From IMG/VR virus record IMGVR_UViG_3300031890_000005, positions 603 to 64,602 of that record: 64,000 nt of DNA; one strand, 5' to 3'. This document shows positions 52,401 through 61,400 of this stretch, piece by piece. The stretch's first letter is position 1. The number at the start of each line of letters is the position of its first letter. The translations under genes were made by a program, and so were the position numbers. Below the pieces are notes generated by a model. That model ran no database searches. It saw only the letters and a program-made list of their open reading frames with translations, and was not told the origin of the DNA. Source of the stretch: a virus (lineage: Duplodnaviria; Caudoviricetes).

Positions 52401-54495
52401 TGCCGTCCTGAAGCTTAACGCCCGCATTGGTAGCCAGTACAAGAGCTCCAAAAAACGATGTCCTATACTGACTCGACAACTCCGCTGCACCGTACAGCAC
52501 ATTCTTCATCGACTGGGTCAAGCCGTCCTGATGCTGATGCAACGCGTCGATGTTAGCCTGCGTGATCCTTACACGGTCTGAGTACGCAAGAAAGCCCCTG
52601 GTGCCGTCATTGACATAATGGCTCTGCCGCTGCACGGCGTCAGCATGATCCCTCGTTGCTTGAGCAGTCCTAGCAAGCGTCTGCCCCATCTGGGCAGTAA
52701 TCACATTCAGGACATGCATACTATTAGCGGCCTCGACAGCCCTGTTCGAGGCATCAATGAAGTCCTGTGTTACGCTCTTGAAGCGGCTCATCCAAAAGTA
52801 GAGTCCGATAAGCGCAACAACGGCGCCCGCTATAGCTAGCCCCCAGCCGGTACTCAGGAACTCGGCGAAACTAACAAGACTGAATCCTAGCTTACCGACC
52901 GCCTCTCCAGCCTTAACACTAGCGCTCCCAAACAGGCTAAACTTCTGAATCGTTGCACCCAGGTTAACGGCAATACCAGCTAGCGTCATCGGGATGAACT
53001 TCAAGACGGAACTGAAGATCGTCCCAAAGCGCGCAAGGAGCGGAACGCCCAAAGTCCCGAGTTCGGCCAACGCTCCAGATAGCCGAGCCAGGACTGTCGC
53101 AGCCGCTCCGCCCCAGCGCCAGACCTCCTCAAAGAGCATAAAGGTAGTAATCAGCCAAGGAGGCAGTTCGGAGATCTTTTCAATCAACGATGTGATCGCA
53201 ACCAAGAAGTTCAGCAGAACACCAGCTAGACCAGGCATCGCGGCAGCAAAGTTGACCAAGGCATGCCCGAGGTTAGCGAAGACTATGCCTAGCTTAACAG
53301 CATCCGGCACCATCTGATCAAGCAGCCCATGGATATTCTGGCCCATACCTGTAGCCAGACTGTACTGGAAGTGCGCAATAAAGTGGTCGAACATGGTGAC
53401 CATCTGCACACCGGCGCCCGCCATGTCCAGCAGGTGGTGCTTCGCAATATCAATCGCGCCACCCATCGCCTGATAAACCTTCGGGTCTGCCGCATCCTGC
53501 GCCTGCTGCAAAGCAGCACGCATCCCGAGCGCCTGACCCGTGGTCATATGCATGTACTTGTTAGTGGCTTCAGTAGCGGTCCATAGGGCCACCATATGCT
53601 GCTCGGCCTGCTGCGCTCCCTGAGCGACAACTGCAGCCGCCGAGCCTAGCGCAATAGTCGCGGGAACGACAACGGCTGCTAGCTCTGCACCACCCGCGAT
53701 GATCCAGTGAACCCAATTCAGCCACCAACGGCGGTTACCGGCACCAACTCCCGATAGGGAGCTAATCGCAATATACTCCGCCATGCTCTTCTTGAGCCGG
53801 TCGAGCTGGAAGTTCGCGCCTTGCATCTCAGCAATGGCGCGATCAATGCCCTCCATTTTGAACTCAACGTTGAAGTCCTTCTGAACGCCAGCAATCATGC
53901 CACGGACTTCAGTAAGCCCTCGCCTAAGCTCCTCTGTGTTCAAGTGAGGCTTAAGCACATAGGCTTCACTGAGCAGCTCAATCTCTGCCCGAATCTTCAT
54001 CAACTGATCGGGTATCTTACCAGTCTCAAGCCCAATACTAATGCTCTTGTCATGAATAAGAGCAAACTCAGCCCTGATCTTCTCTAGCTCGGCTCCGATC
54101 TTCTTCGCGTCAAGGCCGATATCGACCTTGCCTCTAAGCCCCCTCAGCCGGGCCTCCAGCTCCTTCATCGACCTCCGGATCTCGGCGGTATCCGGAATGA
54201 TGTTCAGCTGAGTGCGCGATCTAGTAATGTCCCTGAGCAGTCTGTCCAGCGTTGCCTTAGTCGCATCAATATCAATGTCCGGCTCGACATGCAGCCGAGC
54301 AACCATCGAGTTGATCTTTTCCTGAATCAGCAGTAGCTCGGGATCGATCTCCGAAGTGTCGATACCGACCTTAATCGCCCGATCGCGGATCGCCCTCAGC
54401 CGGGTCTCGAGCATCGTTAGGTCGCGGTTGAGTGAATCCTCATCAATATGGACTTCAGCATACGCATCCGCAATCTTGAAGCCCTCAACCGCCAT
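49495..54495 (-). CDS. Tape measure protein with C-terminal lytic transglycosylase (SLT-like) domain
   Basis: 1666 aa, Ala-rich and helical; AMAESGGN...ASGLWQ motif; follows the tail chaperones. Confidence 0.92.
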   Translation of the reverse strand: MAVEGFKIADAYAEVHIDEDSLNRDLTMLETRLRAIRDRAIKVGIDTSEIDPELLLIQEKINSMVARLHVEPDIDIDATKATLDRLLRDITRSRTQLNIIPDTAEIRRSMKELEARLRGLRGKVDIGLDAKKIGAELEKIRAEFALIHDKSISIGLETGKIPDQLMKIRAEIELLSEAYVLKPHLNTEELRRGLTEVRGMIAGVQKDFNVEFKMEGIDRAIAEMQGANFQLDRLKKSMAEYIAISSLSGVGAGNRRWWLNWVHWIIAGGAELAAVVVPATIALGSAAAVVAQGAQQAEQHMVALWTATEATNKYMHMTTGQALGMRAALQQAQDAADPKVYQAMGGAIDIAKHHLLDMAGAGVQMVTMFDHFIAHFQYSLATGMGQNIHGLLDQMVPDAVKLGIVFANLGHALVNFAAAMPGLAGVLLNFLVAITSLIEKISELPPWLITTFMLFEEVWRWGGAAATVLARLSGALAELGTLGVPLLARFGTIFSSVLKFIPMTLAGIAVNLGATIQKFSLFGSASVKAGEAVGKLGFSLVSFAEFLSTGWGLAIAGAVVALIGLYFWMSRFKSVTQDFIDASNRAVEAANSMHVLNVITAQMGQTLARTAQATRDHADAVQRQSHYVNDGTRGFLAYSDRVRITQANIDALHQHQDGLTQSMKNVLYGAAELSSQYRTSFFGALVLATNAGVKLQDGILGQGQAARIARFQIADYVAGLRAMGQPLGAVGNDMSALAIQSGLASTKVSQLNQAWDEFLANVTGGTNAFSGFVLAIQGMGITALKTSASMQGTVSSIDLHKRAATSATTATTGFANSLTAAGQKGAQTWQQFNAAITGPGQQMLDWFRTAGAEGQITSDKLTYAVRAIISQMLPLAQHSKVATAELSAMAQEAGGPFTSNFKTLKEWVDQGGHSMSGLRKIVDQTTIRMANMADVASKLGNVMQQQIISSMDAAQLKASGLTDAVNNLTNYINANGVAGLKQSGVYRTVRDILIRLTGSTSEADSIIQAYTGHIDAGKTALQKEHDALKASRDMQNEYNDAVQKGNQPQKNLIQNLANIGRQAGIGTDKIAALIHKITGIPTKVILSIIEHGTGHFSIVGNLPGGGLHYGIGGQKYGGQGPGVTGAAKGMLVPGYGGGDRHLALVEGGEAIVPKEVVPHVAAVLKRHGVPGFQGGGFIQSGIDPGQSTVTYDERFRSQVTQSMERAMTTAMKAAMSAARREMMGGGPRGPATHAAMPYLENLWIAAGGPPGVAHLMAAIAMAESGGNSRAYNPSGASGLWQILGVPFPGNPFDPFTNARMAVAKYESQGLGAWVTYTSGAYRAYYAKGTSGAAPGWGVVGELGPELVRFHGGEPVVPMYARGTPGISEVVHDLMRDRHVFTDIRDLLRNIHKHFTGARQRHLDHLVAQQEKHLRHIAGTVDRTVAAARTYRTSVAQGLSGYADVSGLLVGGAYTAQGYVSGGAFLNMQLQQRLQSLRKFTRSIKALGKAGVSRGLIKQIVAMGPDAGQQIADEILAMGHRQIKELLATEEAVGAAEQGLAGQAAASAYGSTSLNLAAGFRRQRREIEREVDHWARRFGQEAARWFHVPRHATGGTIPMGSSGIVGEAGLPELVSVGPGGAVVTPGVSIRGAGGMTVINQYYGTQYPTPEMQRRMNMDMALAFGVAP

Positions 54496-54870
54496 CGGTC
54501 ACCTTCGTGATCTCGAACAAGCCTACCTCCTGACCGATTTGCGGAGCTGCCGGGAACATCGCCTCCAATTGCTCCGCAGTCAAAGCCGGCGCATCAGGAT
54601 CTGGCATAGGCAACGGCGGTACCTGTCGCTGCTGCTGCTGATACAGTTCCTGATCAATCACAGGGCCTTCCCCTGCCTCTCTGGCAGCCGCTGCAGCTAC
54701 GGCGCCTTGATACGAGTCCAACCGATACGCCAACTTGAAGAACGCCGGTCCGTCTAGCTTCCGGATGTCCCTGACCCCGTGAAACGCACTCATGTCGCTG
54801 CATACATCCTCCAAGTGCGTATCGATCCAGGCTATCTGCGCGGACCGTTGTAGCCAGGCCGGGGCCTCAC
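54485..54870 (-). CDS. Tail assembly chaperone, -1 frameshifted C-terminal segment (gpGT-like)
   Basis: The -1 frame is open from the slippery site to the stop at 54485; SEAPAWLQ...LEDVCSDMSAFHG. Confidence 0.75.
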
Positions 54871-55242
54871 TTTTGGGCGCTCTTTTCCGCCCGTTGAGAT
54901 CTGAACTGCCAGGTCCAGAACCTGATCGTACTGCGCCTGTGTCAACTTCTCGTAGGTCATCAGTGCCTCGTACCCTGCCTCGCCAAGCATCTTGCTCAGC
55001 AGATAGTACGCGGCCTGACCTTCGCCCTCAGTACCGAGGATGTGGAGATACCGTAGCCCGATCGTCGGAGACGGGTTCTCGACTACGGTATACTCCACCT
55101 CATCGATGTAGAACAGCGGTACGCGCTTCTCAGGTTCCCCTTCTTGATCACTCTGCAGATGGAGTACTTTGTACTCCGTCTCCGAGATCGGGCGACCCTG
55201 GAGAGCTGCCGGAACGTGTTCCACCCCTTGGTTGTCCGCCAT
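54832..55242 (-). CDS. Tail assembly chaperone (gpG-like)
   Basis: Between major tail and tape measure; SD GGGAGG. Confidence 0.8.
   Translation of the reverse strand: MADNQGVEHVPAALQGRPISETEYKVLHLQSDQEGEPEKRVPLFYIDEVEYTVVENPSPTIGLRYLHILGTEGEGQAAYYLLSKMLGEAGYEALMTYEKLTQAQYDQVLDLAVQISTGGKERPKVRPRPGYNGPRR
54871..54877 (-). other. Programmed -1 ribosomal frameshift site C CCA AAA
   Basis: In-frame X XXY YYZ heptamer near the end of the chaperone ORF. Confidence 0.75.
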
Positions 55243-55253
55243 CGGTGGCCTCC

Positions 55254-55835
55254 CTAGCTCGTCTGGTCCTGAATATGGAACGGGGCGATCGACGGCGACA
55301 CGTAGTACGCCGTGAACGTCGAGTCCCAAGTGACCTGAGTGGTCAGATCGTACTTCGCACTGGCCTTGACGTCGCTGAGCAACTTCCGCACGATGAAACG
55401 CCGCCTCGCAGCCGCGCCGGTACCCAGCGTAGGCGCCCAACCGTCGACCAACAGAGCCGTATACGTCGGCTGGGTCGCCGATGTTGCGGTCACAGGGTCG
55501 AAGGTCGTCACGCCGGCCAGAGTCGAGATGTTCGCCGCTTGGTTCATCGCGACGAGCAGGTTCTGGAGCGTCGCCTCCAGCAAGCCCATCGCCACCGTGA
55601 TCGTACGGCCGGTCAGCCGCGCGCCGATGTTGTCGACTAGCTGGTCCGCCTTGATCACTCCGTAGGTGTGCTCGATCGAGACCGTCACACCGCCGGTCGT
55701 TGCTCCCATGTCGGTCCAGCCGGCACCAGGAGCCGCAATCAGCGCAGCGTTGGTGTCCGCTGGTTCCGTCGTGCCAAACGCGCCCCAGTAGATCGTCGCC
55801 GGACCCTGGATTACGTTGGACGGGTTAACTGCCAT
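55254..55835 (-). CDS. Major tail protein
   Basis: N..QGPA.IY.GAFG..EP, GAT.GGV, EATL.NL; GC3-rich codons; SD AGGAGGTGA. Confidence 0.85.
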   Translation of the reverse strand: MAVNPSNVIQGPATIYWGAFGTTEPADTNAALIAAPGAGWTDMGATTGGVTVSIEHTYGVIKADQLVDNIGARLTGRTITVAMGLLEATLQNLLVAMNQAANISTLAGVTTFDPVTATSATQPTYTALLVDGWAPTLGTGAAARRRFIVRKLLSDVKASAKYDLTTQVTWDSTFTAYYVSPSIAPFHIQDQTS

Positions 55836-55845
55836 TTGTCACCTC

Positions 55846-56232
55846 CTAGTAAACGCCTGGAATCTGGACCAGGAGTGCCTTCACATTGCCGGGAGTGCCT
55901 AGAGCGATCTGGACCAACCCGCCTGATGGTGCCGCTCCCGTAGTCTCGAGGACCGAACTAAACGGTCCGACGAGAATAATGTCGCCGACGGTCGGCGAGA
56001 ACGGCGTGAACGCTGTCACCGCCTGCCCAAGCACGGTAGTCGCTATGTTCACTGTGACCGTCGATGTCGTGGTCGGGCACTGCAGGAACAGCAAGTGCGC
56101 CGCCGGGATGTTAGCGAACTGAATCGGGCTGTTGCCTGCTCCGACTAGCGCGAGCCCCGTCATCGTCGTGGTCAAGTCAACGTTGCCCGAGTTCGGAGTC
56201 AGAAACGTTGGTGTCAAAGTAACTGCTGGCAT
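55846..56232 (-). CDS. Beta-rich virion structural protein
   Basis: SD GAGGAGGTGA; Thr/Gly-rich. Confidence 0.7.
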   Translation of the reverse strand: MPAVTLTPTFLTPNSGNVDLTTTMTGLALVGAGNSPIQFANIPAAHLLFLQCPTTTSTVTVNIATTVLGQAVTAFTPFSPTVGDIILVGPFSSVLETTGAAPSGGLVQIALGTPGNVKALLVQIPGVY

Positions 56233-56233
56233 G

Positions 56234-56470
56234 TCACCTCCTCCTCGCGCGAGCGCGCCGCCTTGACGCACCGCCGAAGTTCTTTGCGAAGGCCGCCTGC
56301 CGGCGCGTCTTGGCCGAGTACCGACCCTTAGGCGCCGCAAGCACTGCCGTCGCATGAGCCTGAACGCCTCTACCAGCAGCCTTAGCCTTCCTCGTGAACA
56401 CCCCCTTGTTCTTGGGGTTGATCCTGATCTTATTCCGCCGGCTGCTGGTCCGCCGGCGCCTCGCCGCCAT
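56234..56470 (-). CDS. Extremely basic 78-aa protein
   Basis: SD GAGGAGG; contains no Asp/Glu; INPKNKGVFTRKAKAAG.GVQA.A..VL core. Confidence 0.65.
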   Translation of the reverse strand: MAARRRRTSSRRNKIRINPKNKGVFTRKAKAAGRGVQAHATAVLAAPKGRYSAKTRRQAAFAKNFGGASRRRARARRR

Positions 56471-56678
56471 CGGTCGTCGCCTCCTCCTCTGCTGGGGCCT
56501 CACCTGCCGCGACGAGCTCGGCCGCCGGAAGTACGTTTTCAGGTATCCCCGACGAGGCACCCTCTTCGGGTTCGCCGTCAACTGAAGTCAGAATGTTCTG
56601 ACTCCGCAAGACCGCTACCTCGTCGTCGGGGACCTCGAGCTCCCTGTCGCCGAACAACGACACCGTTACCTTTGCCAT
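56430..56678 (-). CDS. Small acidic protein
   Basis: SD AGGAGGTGA. Confidence 0.75.
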   Translation of the reverse strand: MAKVTVSLFGDRELEVPDDEVAVLRSQNILTSVDGEPEEGASSGIPENVLPAAELVAAGEAPAEEEATTDGGEAPADQQPAE

Positions 56679-56686
56679 GTCACCTC

Positions 56687-57175
56687 CTACGGAATCAGAA
56701 GTCCTGCTTCTTTCCAGAACATGCCTGCGTCAAACTGATAGTGCGCATAGTTACGAGGATCGGCATACATTCTGCGCGGCTCGGTATGAAGCATCACTCC
56801 AGTCACCGTCGCGGTAGCGTACTGCCGACCTCCCGGACTGAACGTAAGCGGTCGCCCAAATACTCCAAGGGTCCTACCGTACGACGCTATCCGGATAATC
56901 TCGCAGAGCTGCGAGGCAGCGTGCCAGGGCGGCTTATTCGTCCCTACCTTGACTGCCCAAGTACTGATCTCGAGTACAGGATGAGCAACTGGCGCTGTAC
57001 CCGCCATCGGTGTCCCGCCAACAACCCTGACTGTTATGAAACGCGAGATGCCGTCTGACCCCACAGGCCAGTTCTCTTGATTCGGCATTGACGTTGCGCA
57101 GCTACCGGCGGGGATATCCGAGATGCTCAATATCCAGGCTACCGCCACAAGGTCGGTGGTAGGATGCAGAGCCAT
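56687..57175 (-). CDS. Tail terminator-like protein
   Basis: Position after the neck gene; VVGG.P...PV..I..WA pattern. Confidence 0.7.
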   Translation of the reverse strand: MALHPTTDLVAVAWILSISDIPAGSCATSMPNQENWPVGSDGISRFITVRVVGGTPMAGTAPVAHPVLEISTWAVKVGTNKPPWHAASQLCEIIRIASYGRTLGVFGRPLTFSPGGRQYATATVTGVMLHTEPRRMYADPRNYAHYQFDAGMFWKEAGLLIP

Positions 57176-57648
57176 TAGTTACCAGTTCCCCTACGCCGCC
57201 AGAACCGCAAGTGCTCCCGAGCGGCCTCGAGCGGCCACCTGATGCCCCTGCGACTTTGCGATCCGACTGAACGGTACCTCGTCCAAGGCTTCTTGATCGC
57301 GACCGGGAACGTTGCAGGTGGATCAGGCATCTCCGGTGTGCGATATTTATATACAGCCGGCCTCAAGAACGGTTGCGGAACAACTACTTCAGGACCGATC
57401 CTGCCAGTCCTAGGATGGAACACTCGGTGGCCTAGCTCAACGTAAGCGGCATACGGAGCAGAGGCAAAAATGTAAAGTGTTAGACCGTCAACTTCCCAAC
57501 CAATGGACTCAGCAAGAAAACCGGTACGCCTAGGTGCATACCGTTTGGCATCTTCCGCAATCAAGGGCCCGATCTTAGTGTCCAGAAACTCTCCGGCGTC
57601 GAACTGCAAACGCCAGAGGGCCCCATTGTCCATGTACACTCGGGCCAC
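57175..57648 (-). CDS. Neck / tail completion protein (HK97 gp10-like)
   Basis: AP.RTG.LA.SI, YAAYVELG, QPFLRPA. Confidence 0.8.
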   Translation of the reverse strand: MARVYMDNGALWRLQFDAGEFLDTKIGPLIAEDAKRYAPRRTGFLAESIGWEVDGLTLYIFASAPYAAYVELGHRVFHPRTGRIGPEVVVPQPFLRPAVYKYRTPEMPDPPATFPVAIKKPWTRYRSVGSQSRRGIRWPLEAAREHLRFWRRRGTGN

Positions 57649-57668
57649 TTGGTCTCCTCTACGTTGAC

Positions 57669-58046
57669 CTATGTGGGCTGTGTAGTTGTCACTCGCTTCA
57701 GCGTCAGCTGCATGTCTTGCAACATGCCGCCTATCTCGCCGGGCTGCGTGATGAGCTCGATTGAGTACGTGTAGCGAAAGCGCTCGTCGTAGATCTGATC
57801 CTCATTCGTGATGTCCGTACTGCCTGGCAAGATACAAGGGATCTCACGCGTCGTGGACGGAGTCTCGGACGAGGGCTCGTAGACGGTCGCGCCGAACACG
57901 ATTGGGCGGAACGGGCTTTGCGCCGGTGGCGAAATGTACGCCAAGATGCCACTGTACACTGGCACCCCACCCTGAACTAGATCCCCCTCGTCGTCGTAGA
58001 CGAATCCGCGGAGGATCGTAACTCTTGTGTTCGCGAGCTGGTACAT
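57669..58046 (-). CDS. Head-tail joining / closure protein
   Basis: T..TILRG...D..GD; DI...D.I.DE; position before the neck gene. Confidence 0.65.
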   Translation of the reverse strand: MYQLANTRVTILRGFVYDDEGDLVQGGVPVYSGILAYISPPAQSPFRPIVFGATVYEPSSETPSTTREIPCILPGSTDITNEDQIYDERFRYTYSIELITQPGEIGGMLQDMQLTLKRVTTTQPT

Positions 58047-58065
58047 ATTCTCTAGTCCTGATTCT

Positions 58066-58097
58066 ATTATATCACGAGGACCAGTTGGACATCCAGG
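58066..58097 (-). promoter_or_regulatory. Minus-strand copy of the conserved promoter, upstream of neck/tail genes
   Basis: Reverse complement reads CCTGGA...CGTGATATAATAGAATC, same geometry as the plus-strand promoters. Confidence 0.75.
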
Positions 58098-58120
58098 CCT
58101 TTACAACAATTCTCCAAAAT

Positions 58121-58462
58121 TCACACCGGTTGGATCTGTAGCGGACCGTAGCCCGCAGTCTTGCGCGAGCCTTGAACAAGCGCATCGCAGCGCCACCAGA
58201 ACAGGCCCGAAGCCGCCAGATGGGCATGGCCAATCGTTACGGTTGCGATACCATTCATCGCATCCGTGATCTGAACCTCGCCCGTCGTCGTAGACAAGTG
58301 TACCGTCGACGGGTCAGCGTCAGGTGTAGTCGACTGCAGCTTGATCCAGAAATCAACGACAGTCCCTGCTGGAATCGGATAGACAGCATCCGAAGTCATG
58401 AACGGCAGCTGAACCGTCTCGTCATTGTTCTGGAGCAAGGTCATCCTCATTGTACTAGTCAT
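58121..58462 (-). CDS. BppU N-terminal-like (Ig-like) structural protein
   Basis: G.V.ITDA.NG..TVTI...H.A..G..W.R.D...G...T..YG.L.I. Confidence 0.6.
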   Translation of the reverse strand: MTSTMRMTLLQNNDETVQLPFMTSDAVYPIPAGTVVDFWIKLQSTTPDADPSTVHLSTTTGEVQITDAMNGIATVTIGHAHLAASGLFWWRCDALVQGSRKTAGYGPLQIQPV

Positions 58463-61400
58463 GGCACTACCTCCGCTACCTTCGGTTGCGTATCAAGTCT
58501 GCCCTCAACCACAGGCATCACATCAGGACGTGCGCCAATACTGGGCACCGTATCCAGCCGCCCGGTTATCTGTGGCATAGTATCAAGTCGCCCGGCAATC
58601 TGCGGCATGATATCGAGCCGGCCAACAATGACTGGGACGACATCAAGTTCCAAAGCGGCCAAATAAGCACTAACAACAAACGCGCCCGCATACGTGATGC
58701 TAACATTGACTGCAGTACCAATCAGCGTCGGCATGCCGCCAAAGAACGCTAGCGGTGTCGACGATACCGTAACTGCAGTACCGCCGATGGACATCTTAGC
58801 AGTAACCGTACCAATTGCCAAAGACACATTGGCTGCCGTGGCCGTCGTAGCCCCAGCACCGACAAGCGCTCCGGTCGCGGTGCTGACGTTCGACGCAGCC
58901 CCGCTCATTCCAGGTACAGTTGCAAACGCTCCGGTGGCAACCGAGACACTCGAGGCCAGTCCAACCACTGCCTGCGTAACGGTAACTGTACCAACAGCCG
59001 AACTAACACTAACCGCAGTCCCCGTGACAGCCTGAGCACCAAACGAGCCTGTAGCCGTACTGGTACTGACAGCAGCACTGGCTATCGCTAGCCTAGTCGT
59101 GATGACACCAGTGGCCACACTAGCGCCAACCGCAGTACCGGATGCTGTCAGTGTAGCGACGATCGCGCCTTGAGCCACCGACACATTCGCTGCGGTGCCC
59201 GACGCCACGGCCGCCAAAGTAACTGTGCCTGAGGCCATGCTAACATTACTAGCGGAACCGGTAATCTGCTGAGCCCCGAAGACACCGGCAGTCGTACTAA
59301 CGTTCGATGCTGTGCCCGCTACCGCTAGCGTTGCTGTAATCGTACCCGAAGCAGAGGACGCATTACTTGCAGTACCAGCCGTTGCTGCCAGCAGGCCAAC
59401 AGTACCTGATGCCTGGCTTGAATTTGTCGCCGCTCCCGCGATTACGAGAGTTGCCGTTATGGCTCCATTGGCTACCGATACATTGGCCGCAGTACCGGTA
59501 GCCGTCTGAGCTCCAAACGCTCCCTGAGCCGCGGACGCAGTGACAGCGGCGCCGGCTGCCGCAAGCGTACTGACAAGCGCGCCTGTAGCGGATGACGCGT
59601 TGCTCGCTATCCCAGCAAACGTAAGCGTCGCTACAATCGTGCCCGAGGCTATACTCACATTGCTCGCTGCACCGGCTATCGTCGTTGCCCCAAAGACGCC
59701 TTGAGCAACAGATGCGTTGCTAGCAGTGCCAGCCGTAGCTAGCGTTACAGTGACAGCAGTCGCTGTCACACTAACATTCGCGGCAGTGCCGCCGAACGCT
59801 ACTGTCAGCGTAACCGCACCGGAAGCCGCACTCACGTTCGCGGCAGTACCAGCAGCTGCAAGAATAGCCGCTATCGTGCCAGTAGCTACACTGACGTTAC
59901 TTGCTATGCCGGCTATCGCTACACCGCCAAACGCGCCCGTTGCTACAGACGCGTTGGAGGCCGAACCTACTACCGCTAGCGTAGCAGTAACTGTCCCGGA
60001 CGCCGAAGACGCGTTGGACGCTGTACCAGTGGCCGCGACAATCGCAACTATAGCCCCTGAAGCCGTACTGACGTTACTGGCAATACCGGCTATGTTCCTA
60101 AAGGTCACCGAGCCGGTCGCACTGGATACGTTGCTAGCGATACCAGCCGCGGCCATAGTCAGCGTAACAGCACCAGATGCCGAGCTGGCATTACTAGCTG
60201 TCCCGGCTATCGGTACAGCAAATACCCCAGTGGCTGCGGATGCGTTCGAAGCGGTTCCGGTTGCCGCCATAGTCAGCGTAACGGCACCTGAGGCCGAGGA
60301 CGCATTGCTAGCAGTACCAGCAGCTGCCGCTAGCAGCGTAACTGCACCAGAAGTCGAACTAACATTAGCAGCAGTCCCCGCCGCTGCTAGCGTCGCAGTA
60401 ATCGTACCAGAGGCACTACTAATACTGATCGCTGTTCCAGCAGCCGCCATCAAGAGGCCGACAGTGCCTGAAGCTGTACTAGTACTGGTCGCTGTTCCAG
60501 CGATGTTCGGGAGAGAGAGGCGACCGGAAGCCGAGCTAGTAGTGACCGCTATCCCTGCTGCCGCAAGCGTCGCAGTAATGATCCCTGACGCTGAGGACGC
60601 ATTGCTGGCTATCCCTGCTGCCGCAAGCGTTGCAGCAATAGTCCCAGAAGCGGCCGAAGCATTGGACGCTGTACCAGCAGCCGCTAGTATTGCAGCAATA
60701 GTACCGGACGCTGCTGAAACATTGCTTGCCGTACCAGCAGTCGCCATCAACAAGGCAACAGTACCAGAAGCCGCCGAAGCGTTCGAGGCAGTCCCAGCCG
60801 CAGTCCAGCTCACCCCAACAGGGGCTACCAAGAACGTCCAAGCAAAGCCACGTACAAGCGTAGCAGCTGTCTGCTGCGACGTATACGACTGAGCTACACC
60901 GCTACTCCCCGCCTGAGGACTCGAGTACGTCCAGGTCATGAGCTGCTGCTGCGTACTCATCTGTGAATACAGCGGCGGAGAGGGCGTAATCGTGATCGGA
61001 AGTCCCGTTGGCTGGTTTGACTGTCCGAAGACAACAAGCTCATTATCGTTCGTAGGAGTAATAGACTGTGTAATCGACGCTGCGTTACCGTTATACCCTG
61101 TTGAGGGCATCATCGTGTCAACGGCGCCCCACGCATTACCAGGCACCGCAAAGCCGCTAACCGACATCGTGCCGGACGCAGCGGTACACGTAACAGTAAC
61201 GCTTGTACCAGCTGGCACTGCAGCAGTCTGCCCACCCCCAGGACCACCAGTAGCCCCTGGGCAGCGGAACGCGAAGAGCAGCGGCGAGGTAGTAGCTACT
61301 GCCCCATCCTGAATATACGTATTCCCCACCGAGTCAACAACCGAGGAGATCGTTATTGTCGCAACGTTAATCGTGAGGATCAGCAACAGCGTGTCCCCAG

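Noticed and set aside
54832-55440. 202-aa version of the tail chaperone
   Set aside because: The extension overlaps the major tail gene; ATG 55242 has a good SD.
56234-56581. 115-aa version of the basic protein
   Set aside because: The upstream extension overlaps the acidic gene with no SD; ATG 56470 has GAGGAGG.
58700-60805. Repeat array as a CRISPR array or DGR template/variable repeat
   Set aside because: The repeats are degenerate in-frame coding units without unique spacers, and there is no reverse transcriptase or adenine-specific variant pair.
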